64,000 nt of DNA from Tubiluchus corallicola (taxonomy: Eukaryota > Animalia > Priapulida): NCBI GenBank assembly GCA_030141605.1, contig JAQGDQ010000124.1:124001-188000 (forward strand), read 5' to 3'. The notes under the pieces are model-generated. The model searched no databases. It saw only the letters and a list, made by a program, of their open reading frames with translations, and was not told the DNA's origin. Of the stretch, positions 13,401-25,400 are shown one piece after another. The translations under genes were made by a program, and so were the position numbers. How positions within the stretch are numbered: position 1 is the first letter of the stretch; each line of letters begins with the position of its first letter.

Positions 13401-16400
13401 AAAGAAAATCGAGGTAATAATGTACCACCTACACGGTTTTTAATTTTGTTAGCTAGTTAGCCACGTTAGTAATAGCTGTGTGGCTGTGGCCTTTCCACCA
13501 TTGGTCACCCTGCAAAAAACACATTCCTGACTTTATACTGACCCAATGAGCTAGATTAGCTTAAAATCATATTCTGACGATCGGCACTTTTATTTTTAGA
13601 TACTTATCACTCTGATGTTCTGTGCAACAATGAGACAGTATATGCGGGAATCCAAGTTTGAGAGGCACAGAAAAAGTATGGCAGACCTGCATGCTGTAGA
13701 TATAGCTTTGACAGTTGGCAGTAGGAACAGAGGCACTTTCGGTGAGCACTTAGCTGGTCAAACAGAAGTTGTAATTTTCTTATTAAAAAGTCTAGTACAC
13801 TCATATCTCTGTTTGCCGGATCTCGCTTTTACAGATATCGGAAAAATCGGACAAAATCCTGGACCGTTAGAAAGTCCGGCATATTACAGACACAGTCCAT
13901 TGTTTCACATGCTGACAGCTATTTTGCGGGCTGTCACTTTGTTTACATCATTATATCAGTGTTATAAAGCAGTGTGTAACGACGAATATATAATATTATA
14001 GTGCACAAAAGCGAAGTAAGATGACATTAAGTTTTCATGTTTTAAAGTACTATTTTCGTAAAAGCTCATTGGTCACGCAAAAGTATCTTATTTAAGCATG
14101 TGCAGCAAAAATATAGAGTCAATTATGCGAAGTTGTTTGCGTCAGTAAGCCTTTTCACAGTTCCAGCGACTGATGATGATGGTGGTGAAAAGGTCAAAGG
14201 TTACGTGAACAAGACAGTGCATTTGTGTGGTCTTGCAGCCCATGTTGTAATAGTAACAGTTTAAACAGCTAACTTTAACCTTACCTAGTTCAGTTTGTCT
14301 TGTTCCCAAGCAAGATCCTGCTAGTAAATCACTCTACTCACTGACTAGTGCGTAATTAAGTAAAGTCCTTGTAAAACAACTGAAGTTATTGAACTGGTGC
14401 GAAAGATGGTTTGCTTTACCCACACGTCACGTGACGATTGTAGTTAAAACAATGTTGCTTTTCTACACTTAACCTTTGATCTACAGCAACTGCGCTTGCA
14501 GTCAACGAAACTGTTAAAAGGCTTATTGCTGACGGTTTTTATATACTTCTGCATAGGAACGGTCCGTACTAGATGTTTGTGAGACAATTAAGCGATTGAT
14601 TCTGCATTATCGTGAGTCTAATACACATATCATGAGTTTACTGTATTAGCTTAGTATCGGTAAATACGGACAAATCTGCAAATTCGCACTGATGTCGCCT
14701 CGCTTTTGTCTGTCAAACCGAGATGTGAGTGTATAACGTTTCACGTTGATATGATTAGTAAAGGAGCCCCGTGATTATAATGCTGTAAACTTGACTACCA
14801 TGCAAGGACGCTTAACTTGTACACACATTGTATATTCATGGAAAATATTGCAAGGAAGAGACAAAATATTATGTTTTTTTAATTGCTTCACTCAGAATTT
14901 GCAGATGTCAAGTTTTTAATTCAGGAACTGTTAGTCAGATGTGAAATTTGTCATGATTACTTATAGCAGCAGATTGTTTGAAACAACAATTTATTGTTAT
15001 AATATAGGTTACTTACTAAATTACGAATCGATTAAGTTAGTGAATTCTGATCCGCTGCAGTGATTGCTGGTTTACCATTTCTCGAGGCAAATTCATTGCT
15101 AGGGTTTTTGTTTGGCAAACTCTGGATAAAATACATGTGTAAGAGAGGTAGGCTGTGCTTGTCTTTCTGTCATATTAAGATGAACGGATTTTACTTTGAA
15201 TACTGATTGCTTGTGTACTATTAACCACAGTAACAAATATTGTAACAAATCCAACAGTGTTTATTAGCTGTAGTCAAGAATATGTTTTTTTCATTGAAAT
15301 TTTAGATCATATTCTTCTCAAAATGCCACATATTAATACATTTTTGGCTCCTTTAGCTGAAGTAGAAGATGAACTGCTTGGCACTACAGACAACCTGTCA
15401 GTGACTCGGCTGGGATATTTCCTGCTGTACTTAATTACCAAGTACTGGATATTTGTCTGCATGGCCATGCTTCTACTCATGAGTATCAACAGATATGTAG
15501 TTCTCTACCGCATAGTTTACATGATACTTTTCCTCATATTTATCTTGACTTTCCAGGTAACAACTTACATTATATTTAAACTCTATTGATTTCCTCTAAA
15601 CAAAATTTGGCTAAAGTTTACAATTTCCCACACACAAGAAATTAGTTTGTGAAGCAGATTAGGATTAGTATTAGGATTGGGGTTGGGGTTGTATTAGGGT
15701 TAGGGTTAATGTTGGAGTTAGCGTTACCGTTAGGGTTAGTGTATTTAAATTGGTGGGGAATTGTAAACTTCTTCCCAAAATTTTTGTCAAAGCTGAATTG
15801 TTGAGTATAGTAGACACAGTGCTTAACGCTTATAAAACGTAACAGCCTCTGAAATTCTTCACAGCAGAGATTAATAATAATAAGCAAATATTTTTGGATT
15901 ATTGATCTCACACATGCGCATGCAATTAAAACAGAAAAGATACAAATTTAGTTAGCAGTAAGAATTTGTGGTTTACTATTATATTTATTAGTTAATATTT
16001 CATTAATGTAAATTGTTTTGTGGGAAGTTGAGTGATGATTCGTTTGTTATTTTTAGATTTCATTCCGTATTTGGAAAGCTGTGATGCTGGCATTCTGGAT
16101 CATTGTTGTTTTTTATTCCATGGTTGTTCTTATTCTCATCTATACCTACCAATTTGACAAATTTCCACAATACTGGCACAACTTCACCGGATGGTCAGAT
16201 GAGCAGTAAGTGGCGAATTATGACTTATTGATTTTTAAGTGGTTCAAAATTTGTTATGACAAGCCTCAGACTTGGAATTGTTAAGGTGTTTTTTTCCCTT
16301 AATTTTTGGGTTATAGATTTCAAAGTACAATGATGTCTAACCATAATTTCCATTTTAATCAACTGTGTCATTTAAAATATGCATAGAAAGGCAAAACTTT

Positions 16401-19400
16401 AGTTGCTCGCACAGCAAAGGAATGAAATGGAAGACTGTTTTGTTAACTATCTTATAGCTTTAGCAGAAAGATGTATCCGCACAGATGTTACTCATTGTTT
16501 AAGATTATCCAAGGTCGAGGTCATTCATTTAAAATAGCTATATCTCAGATCTACCAAGCAGGAAGGTATTGCATCTGAACCTTAACCACCCTGGGGGCAA
16601 ATTTCACTATAACATTATATACTCAATTGGCTTTGAGAGGAAGACATGTTAAAATAAACAAGCCATGGTGTGGCTGTGAGTTGCTTAATTAACTTATCAA
16701 AAATAGTGAGATATAACAAAACTGTACAGTACCAAACACGTCAGGATGTCTTCATGTCCATTATACTAAGATCTGTTTATGTATTTCAGAATACGTGATA
16801 TCGGGTTGGAGCATTATGAAACGAAGGAATTATTTCTGAATTTACTTACGCCGACGTCTTTCCTCATTGTCATCATCCTGCAGATACATTTTTTCCACGA
16901 CGCTTTTTGTAAGATAATAACCTCATCGTATAAGCCAAGGTTTGTTGTAGACTTGATTTGTATTGGCAGTTTTAAATAGTTTAACCAGAAAAAGTGCAAA
17001 CTAACTTATTTTTTCGACTCATTCCTACATACATTACCATATAAGAACTAATATAAGCACGCAATTACATGTAGTAGCTAGAGAAGTAAAAAGCTGGTAG
17101 ATTTTTACAGTACTGCTCACATTGCCAGTTGCCTAGCAGACCCAAAAAGGGAAAACTTGGGTAACAATTAACTAATACCAGTATTAACTTGCTACAAATG
17201 TATGTGTGTAAAAAAGTAGGCACTGCTTACCCTTCTAAACCTTTTTGTACCAATTAAAACATTTATTACGTACTTATAAAAATGGATTTTCTGTTTTCTG
17301 ATAGACTGCTTGTTTGCCAACATCATTTAAAGCAAAAGTCTTAATCTGTAGGTCAGTCTTAATCTGTCGGACTCAGTCTTAAACTGTAGGCCAAAACGAT
17401 TTACTCTTTAAAACATTGAAAGGATATTTTCAAAAATGATTCACGTAAAAGAATTATAACCACACAAATACAATTTCACACTTGCGCCACTAGTTCTTTG
17501 CTGTTACATGCATTTCGCCATTCGGGCACTAACACTTGCATTTCGGAAACACGGTGCACAAAAAACAGGTGCTGTACCTCTCGATTCAAATGTGTTAGTT
17601 TCTGACATACTGCTCACGTTCGACATCTCATGCGTGAGCACTGCGGTAAATTCGAAATTTGAATTTTTATCTTAGAACTTATCTAGTTTTAGTATAACAC
17701 ACTGAATCTCTTACAGTGGCACTGTACTTCAATTTTTGCTTTCGCAAACACGTGCAACACGCTCGTAGAATATTTTTGCTGTTGAACATTGTGTTCATTT
17801 GTGTTGTCATCAGTAGTTGAACTGATAAATTAACTAGTTAGCCTGCTGTTAATTAGGTTTTTAGTCTGTTATTTATTATCCGAAACGCTTTTGCAGTATT
17901 AATTACACTTTTTATCGGACTTGAAAATGGGGTAGTATATGAAAAATCATCCTGTCTTTTTTTAATATTGTAGGAAGGTCCGTCAGCGAGCAAGTATGTA
18001 TCCATCTGGAACAAGCCCATCTCATAAGTTGGTTTCAAGTGCCACTGAAGCAGAAGATGGTGAAATAGAAGATACACATCCTGAGGAAAAAGAAGGTATC
18101 ACTATGCAATCTGTTTATAATGTGATTATAGATCTTTACCAAGAATTGGTTTAAATTTTTTACTATTGGTTAAGTATGCTATTCTTTATTAATAAGAAAT
18201 CTTTTTCCAAACTTTTTTACATGTACATTTTTGCTTTCAGGATCTGCCGAAAGCGGTGAGACGTTTACTAAAGATTTAAATGCAGGATGGATGGTATTGC
18301 TAAGAGCCTGGCACTGGACCGTGGATATTGCTTGGAGACTTTTAGAAATACACATGATGAAAATAGTCGTGTTTACGGTGATAATGGTGTCGATGAATGA
18401 GGTACGATATGCTTATCGCCCAGCACATCGCATAAAAGTGATTTGTTGTGAAGTTTGTTATAGGTGAAACAAGTACTGTTGGTTGCGTACAGTACTACTG
18501 AACCATTGACAATTTCAGCCCATTTCAAAATGGGTTTCAAACTTTCAACTTTCAAATTTGCGGCATTGAACGTTCAAGTATTACAGTGTGTTAAAATCAA
18601 CTCTGTTACAAAGAAAGCTTTTGTCAACGTCTAACCATGTTGAGCTGGTCATGTTAGACATCAGATATTTAGCTACTTTTCTTAAATAAATTTTGAATTA
18701 CGTGTTATATTTCCAGTTTCAGCGCAGTCATAGTGTTTGTGCTACAACTTAGATGCTCATGCCATACTGCAGCCCTATATGCTGCCACACTGCACTATAT
18801 ACATTGTTTTATACATTGCAGTACACAATAGTTCACCATTCAGTGGCAGGGACTAATCAACACAATGTTCCTGGAATGGCCATAGACTGGCTCATTTTCA
18901 AGGATAGTCGTCTAATAGCGACTGCACCTTCTCACTAAAATAAAGATGCTTTAAGCGTAGGGTTTAGAGGCTAGGCAAAAACCTTGCAATGGTTTAACTA
19001 TTACATGATCGTTTAAGGCTTTACCTTAAAACGATTATTTATTGATAAAAACACACAAAAATAGCAATGAAAATCCATATTGCTAAAACCTTTGCACAGT
19101 GGTATTTTCAATTTCAATTTCAATTTATTTATTTCGCATCAATAGTATATCATAGTAACATACATTTAACATCCATATATGTACATCATTGCGTAATTTT
19201 AGTTCAAGTTAACAGGTATAATGATAACAATTATTATAATGATATCTATTGATGATAATACTATTGCAGAAATTCAAGAAGCTTATAATAGCCTGTAAGA
19301 GCGGCTCAATGTGAAATAGAAACAAGGAGAGATTTGCATTTTAGCCATTTGTTTCATAAGCATATACATGGATGATTTGTTAGTAGAGACTGTCAAAGAT

Positions 19401-22400
19401 GAATAAAGTTCACAATAGCTGTGCTCAAGTCATTTCATTTTGTGGCTTTATGAGTTTTAAGTGAAATATGTTGTTAAGTTTTCACATTTTCTCAGTTTTT
19501 GCTGAGTGGCATAAAAACTTAAGAGTTTAAAGATTAAATAGTTTATATCAAAATTTACTTTCCTGAGGAGTCGTGCCTGTCAAAGGATGGGACATAGTCC
19601 CAAAATCATCCAAGTGATTGTTTGCTCCATTTACATTTTAAAAAAACTTAAGTTTCAGACAAAGTAAGTTCAGAATTTTTTATTGACGCGTCAAATATTT
19701 ATAGTGGCAAGATGACCATTCACATCGTTATCTCATACAACATCTCTAATATTCTTGCATTCTAAGAGAATTATATCTAATCACATCTGTATCTCTTATC
19801 TGAAACTCTTGCAGGTTGTTGCAGTCAACATTCCTTTTGTCTTTGTTGCCGTGGTTTTTCTCATGTTACGACCTCTGCAGCAGTTTCTCTGTCACTGCTA
19901 TGCGCTATGGATAAGCATTCTTATTATAACCAAGATGATTTTTCAATTGCAACAGATCAACAGTACGGCCATGGATTATAATTGTACGGTAAGTTTGCCA
20001 GATTTCCAACAAACTTGCCGCCATTGCCACACTTACAAGTGCAACTAAACGTCCTGTTAGAAGGCTGGGTAGATTTGCGAATGATGCTTACTTTCCTCTC
20101 TGTTAGTGGATATTGATGATTTATTTTTATTTAGCCATAAATATTAATCTTTAGCTTGTGTCGTTATAGCATTTTGTTCCATTTGTTGATTGTCAGAAAG
20201 TATTTTAGTATTTAAAAAATTTATTTATCTTTGAATACTGCTTGCCGCATTCATGTAATATAAAATGGATCCTACTGCTAAACGAAAAGTACGATTACCG
20301 GGCATTTATGGCAAATACATGCCAACCTAGAGGTTTTGAGTTCGACTCCCCCTCGTTTCAACATTTGTTAGCAATTTATTACTTGAACAGGACTTCTTAG
20401 CCATCTTCATAAACCCGATCAGCCTTAATTGAATACTTGGTCATATCTGGGGGAAGACAGGCAGCAGAACCACAGGGTGGGAAACCGTGCTACTTCTTCA
20501 CCTGTTTATGAAAAGTAAATGCAGCATGTCATTTAACCTGTAAGGCGGGTTCTGTATGTTTAAAACTCTGTTTATAATAGAGATTTTTTGTACTAATAAA
20601 GTTTATAAAAATTTTCTTACATGGTTTTTCTTTTTCAGAGTTCTGCAGTATTTAATGAGACTATAAATATGGGAGAATGGATTGGTCTGGAAAAGACGAA
20701 AGAAATTGACTTTTATTTGAAGGTACATTATATAGCACTTCCTGCAAATTTGCTACAAAATTTTGAAGTCGTGAAAAAACAACAGAACTTGGTGTTAGTC
20801 AGTGGTAATGTAACAGAGAAGAGAAGGGTGATATTTTTATCACATTTGTGTAGCAAACTGAACTTCAAAAGCTAAGAAATTTCAATCTGTGAATCTTATA
20901 CATTTAAATTTTTGCTTGACTTACTAAAAATTGTGGTTCTTGAAGTGCCTTAAATAATTGCCATTAGTAGTGCTTTGATTCAGTCAATTAGGAAGTATAG
21001 ACGGCAACATATAGATGACACTTGTAACTATGAATAACTTTTTTAACTTTTTTGCCAGGGCTACATAGCGTCAATAATTATCCTTTCATTGCAAGCAATT
21101 GTGCGACATAGACAGCATCACATGTTGTACGTGTTAAAGATTCCTTCGTCACCAGAGGGCGTGGTGTTTCGTGATATCACACGTGAGAGAGCTGACGACA
21201 ACTTGGTGTCGTGTGTTAAATACGTAATCAACTATTGCTTCTATAAATTTGGACTTGAGGTATGTACATTTGTGGTTTGGATTTGAAGTAGTTCTCTATT
21301 TTTTCAAACAAAAGTGACGTATTGATGTTTTAAGTAAAGCGTTTCATTATGCCTAATTAAACATCACATTACGTCATAATTGTTATACAAAAGTACACAC
21401 ATCTTTGATTAGCAGTAGTATGGATTGCATCTGCCACCATAGTGAGACCATTTCTTGATTTCTTTGTACAGAGTTGGTCCTGGACATGCTGTGCACGCCG
21501 CGTCTCGGTGACCATGTACTGTGTAATTATCAGCTAATCCCTGAAAAATATTAATCTTTTTGTTTAGAATAAAGAAATGTAATTTTAATCTTTCCATAAT
21601 ATTGCCCTTTTTGTGTTTTAAGTAAACACCATATTGTGTATTATTAGTTTTTTCTTTTGTAGTAAATGGCCTTTTGTACAGGGTATCTCAGATTAAATTT
21701 TATCATGATACTATTATAGTCACACTTACAATATGATTATAGTACAAATGTGAAAGATACAAATATGTGACTATCAGTAATTTGTATACCAGCTTTAAAC
21801 AAGTTTGGCTTACGTGCAACAAACCGCACTGAATCCAATCTTGAGCTGCTTTGATTGCCATTTGACTAGGAAGCTCCTCCTCAAATTTGCCAGTAAACAC
21901 AATGCCATATGAGTGAGTATTATAGTGATATGTGTGTGAGCCAATTGTATTCCAGCCTCTTCCTTCGTAAATGCGACCATCCCCTCCTACGAGCCAATTA
22001 TATGCTATATCCTGCCATCCTGCAATGGAAAGAACCTTAATTTTGCAACAAAGCGTTGAATAATTTGTGAGGTTTATATTGGCTGTAGAGTGTAGATTGT
22101 GTTGTATAATTGAAAGGTCTGATTATAAAGACAACGTTTATTTACTGTCGCTCATTTGACAGACAACATCAGCACTAATAACTGTTTAGCAACTTACACT
22201 TACATCATTGCAGTAAGGACAATGCACATAAGTAGCAAATAACATGTAGGTATATGTCCTGACGTTGGCAGCCGGTAGAGTCGAACTCAAGACTGCATTG
22301 TTGCAGTCCGAAATCTAGACCACTCGGCCACCCAGCCCAGGACTATCCGGTGGCTTCTGTGCAATAATTTATGCATATACATTTTCTTAAGTTTCCAGTG

Positions 22401-25400
22401 AAGTAAAGAGGTGCTTATAACAAGCTTAATTTTTTTATTGAGTTTTAGTAGTTGCTATACACTTCATTTTTTGTTTATTTTTAATCATACACAGCAAAAT
22501 GTTTGAGAAATTGGAACAGATGAACTAAGACTTAAGAATTCTTTTAGTCAAGTTGAATATCTTAAAGGGACAGTTTCACTGGTAGACTTCATCTCATTTC
22601 TGACATGAGCAATTCAAATTCAGTATTTGCGCAGCACTCTCTAATTATTATTTTTTAACTTCATCTTAAGGCCATATTGTTCAAAGTTGTTTGTGTAATC
22701 TCTATCAATCAGATGGCGAAATCTTATATTGTCAAAGTCTTCCACAGGTCATTATATTAATGGTGACCAATTTTTGTACGACATGTTGTAGACTACAATG
22801 TATGTCCAGTCATAGTCTAGAACATGTATTAATGTTTTTGAAAATAAATTACTACTACTGCTGCTACTATTACAGTTAAAACTTAAGCCCCAAAATAATT
22901 CTTAGACTGCTTTTGACTTATAAATAAAATAAATAATAATTTTATTACCTAAAATTCATATAAAATGCTCTATGATGTACAAACACTTAAAATTTGCAAG
23001 AAATCTACAAACAATATTTTATAGACCACAATTACTTATAAATTTCAAAGACTAACTCTACTGCATTATGCAGACACAAACTTGAATAACAAAAAAGTTA
23101 AAAAGCTCCTAAGAATAAAAATGTTTCAATTTGATGTTTAAAAACAGCAATATTTTGGAAGTTTTGCACATACTCATGAGCAATTCTCGTGCCACAGCTT
23201 GCCAAAGTTAGAGAAAAGTCTAAAAAAAATAGACTGCGGTGTGTATGCTGACTTAGAGACTGCATTTATTAGAAATATCTTTGAAGCTAACATTATGCTT
23301 TGAATGGTGTCTTGTCTTGAAAAGATCTTAAGAAGATGAAATAATCACTTGACATACAAATTAGTTCTTTCACTGACCAAGCACAGTCATGTGGTATCGT
23401 TGTATCTCTTGCATGACTGTAGAACACGTACTAGTGTTATAGCAGCTTTTTCCTCCTGTATGATGAATTATAACTTTAGTCACCACTGCATCCAAATTCG
23501 ATACTGATACTGGAGGTTTTCCGCCCCATTCATTTCTTGTAATATAATTGTCACAATTCACGTCACCTAAAACATCACCATTAGAAAAGGGGATTATAAA
23601 CATAAAAGCTATCCACAAAAGCAGTTTTTTTATAGTCATTTTTGCTGCAACATTTAATGTGTATGCCGTGCAGGCTTGATGTTTACATACTAATTGGTAA
23701 TACAGCTTAAAGCGAAGTATGCTTTCTCACCTGTTTGGGTTACACGCTTCCTTATCTCTTCTGCTGTAGCTTTAGAATCTTGTGTACACTAGAGTACAAT
23801 ATGCCAGGGGATACTTATTGTCGCATTATGTTGCTAATTTACTTTAAAATGAGCAAACACTAATTGTATTTAAGCACCACTATTCTTTAGCTGACATCCT
23901 TTCGTGTTAAAAATTCTGCTGATAATATTTAAATTTACTTTCACTGATTTCACCACCGAACCTGATATCTTTTATTTTTTATTTATTAACACTCAGTTGC
24001 AATTTGCAGATAGTGCACAAACATATAACAACACAACACTGTACATTACAACACAATAAAATATTGCTTTAAGAATAAATAAAATTTTTGAGTGTTGGGG
24101 AGACACAAAGAGAAAAACTGCTTTCATATGTCTTTTATGTTTGAGAAAATTATCAAGGTCAACTAAACACAAACTTTTGCGGAATAATTTAACATTTGCT
24201 GCTGTCACAATTGAAGAACCATTCACAGAATTTGGAAGTGAATTCCACATGTGAACAATCCGGTTAGAAAAAAATTGTCCAAACTGCTTTTTATTTGTTC
24301 TTTGTACAAATATTTTTAACAAATGGTTACTCAATTGATATGTCTCATTAATTTATTTTTTATGTTTGTATATTGTAATTTGAAGTAATTAATTAATACT
24401 GAGAAACTAATTGAGAGCTAAACACCAGGAACTGGTATATTTCTGAAAAATTCTTGAAGAAGAGCAAGCGTGTGATGTCTGATTTGTTTTCTTATAAAGA
24501 AGTTAGATACAATTACTTTTTCTTATTATAATTTATTATAATGAATGTCTGGAATTCTGTATGAATTTTAGGACTTTCATTATGTATCATTTTGAGGGAA
24601 AAATCGTAAGTTTAGAGGGATCTGTGTAATTATTTATTTTCTGTGATATTTTTTTACGCAGATATGCTTTGTAATGACTGCAATAACTGTCACTGTACGT
24701 ATGGATATATACTCTGTTGTCTATCTCATCTGCCTCGGCATATTCCTCTTCGTCAACAGGCCGATCGTGCGAATGTTGTGGCCGATATACGTTATATTCT
24801 TAGGCATTCTGTTACCTATAGAATATTGTCTGTGCGTTGGATTACCAAAGTTCCTTTGCATAGGTAAATGTGTGCTTTAATAACTTTGTAATGTCTTACT
24901 TTCTTGCTTGTTTGTAACTTCTATGTATCTAAATTTGTTTGCTACTATTAAGATTCTAAAATATGTGCAGAATGAGGATCCGTTGACGTCAGGTGAAAGG
25001 GTCAAGGATGCTGCACATCGGGTTGTTTTTTCGATTATAACTCAACTCCTTCTAATTGTATATAAACTTCTTTGTGTCTTTGCTTGTTGTTAATGTCAAT
25101 TTTAGTTTAGAAGAATTTATTTTTCGCTCGCATAACTACTGACTGAGGGGAGCTCTGTGTGCATATTTGCTACAAGTTGAAAACTGTATGGTTGGTTAAT
25201 TCATATATGTATATTACTTTTTATTAGTTTTTATAAACAAGCCATTTAACGAATTCGTATTTTATCTATTAACACTTTTTCAGAATATCCCTGGGCTGAT
25301 AACAGTACGGGCAGTACTATGGAACCAGCTCTGAGGGAGTGGCTGTATTTGCCAGATTATCATGAGCCAATTAGGGCAACTGTACTTATAGGTAAGCACT

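Noticed and set aside
22264-22340. Functional tRNA-Cys
   Set aside because: The anticodon stem does not pair; treated as a SINE head or pseudogene
23750-23925. NF-kB and GATA sites upstream of PGRP
   Set aside because: GGGGATACTT deviates from the kB consensus, and GATA motifs are expected by chance in AT-rich DNA
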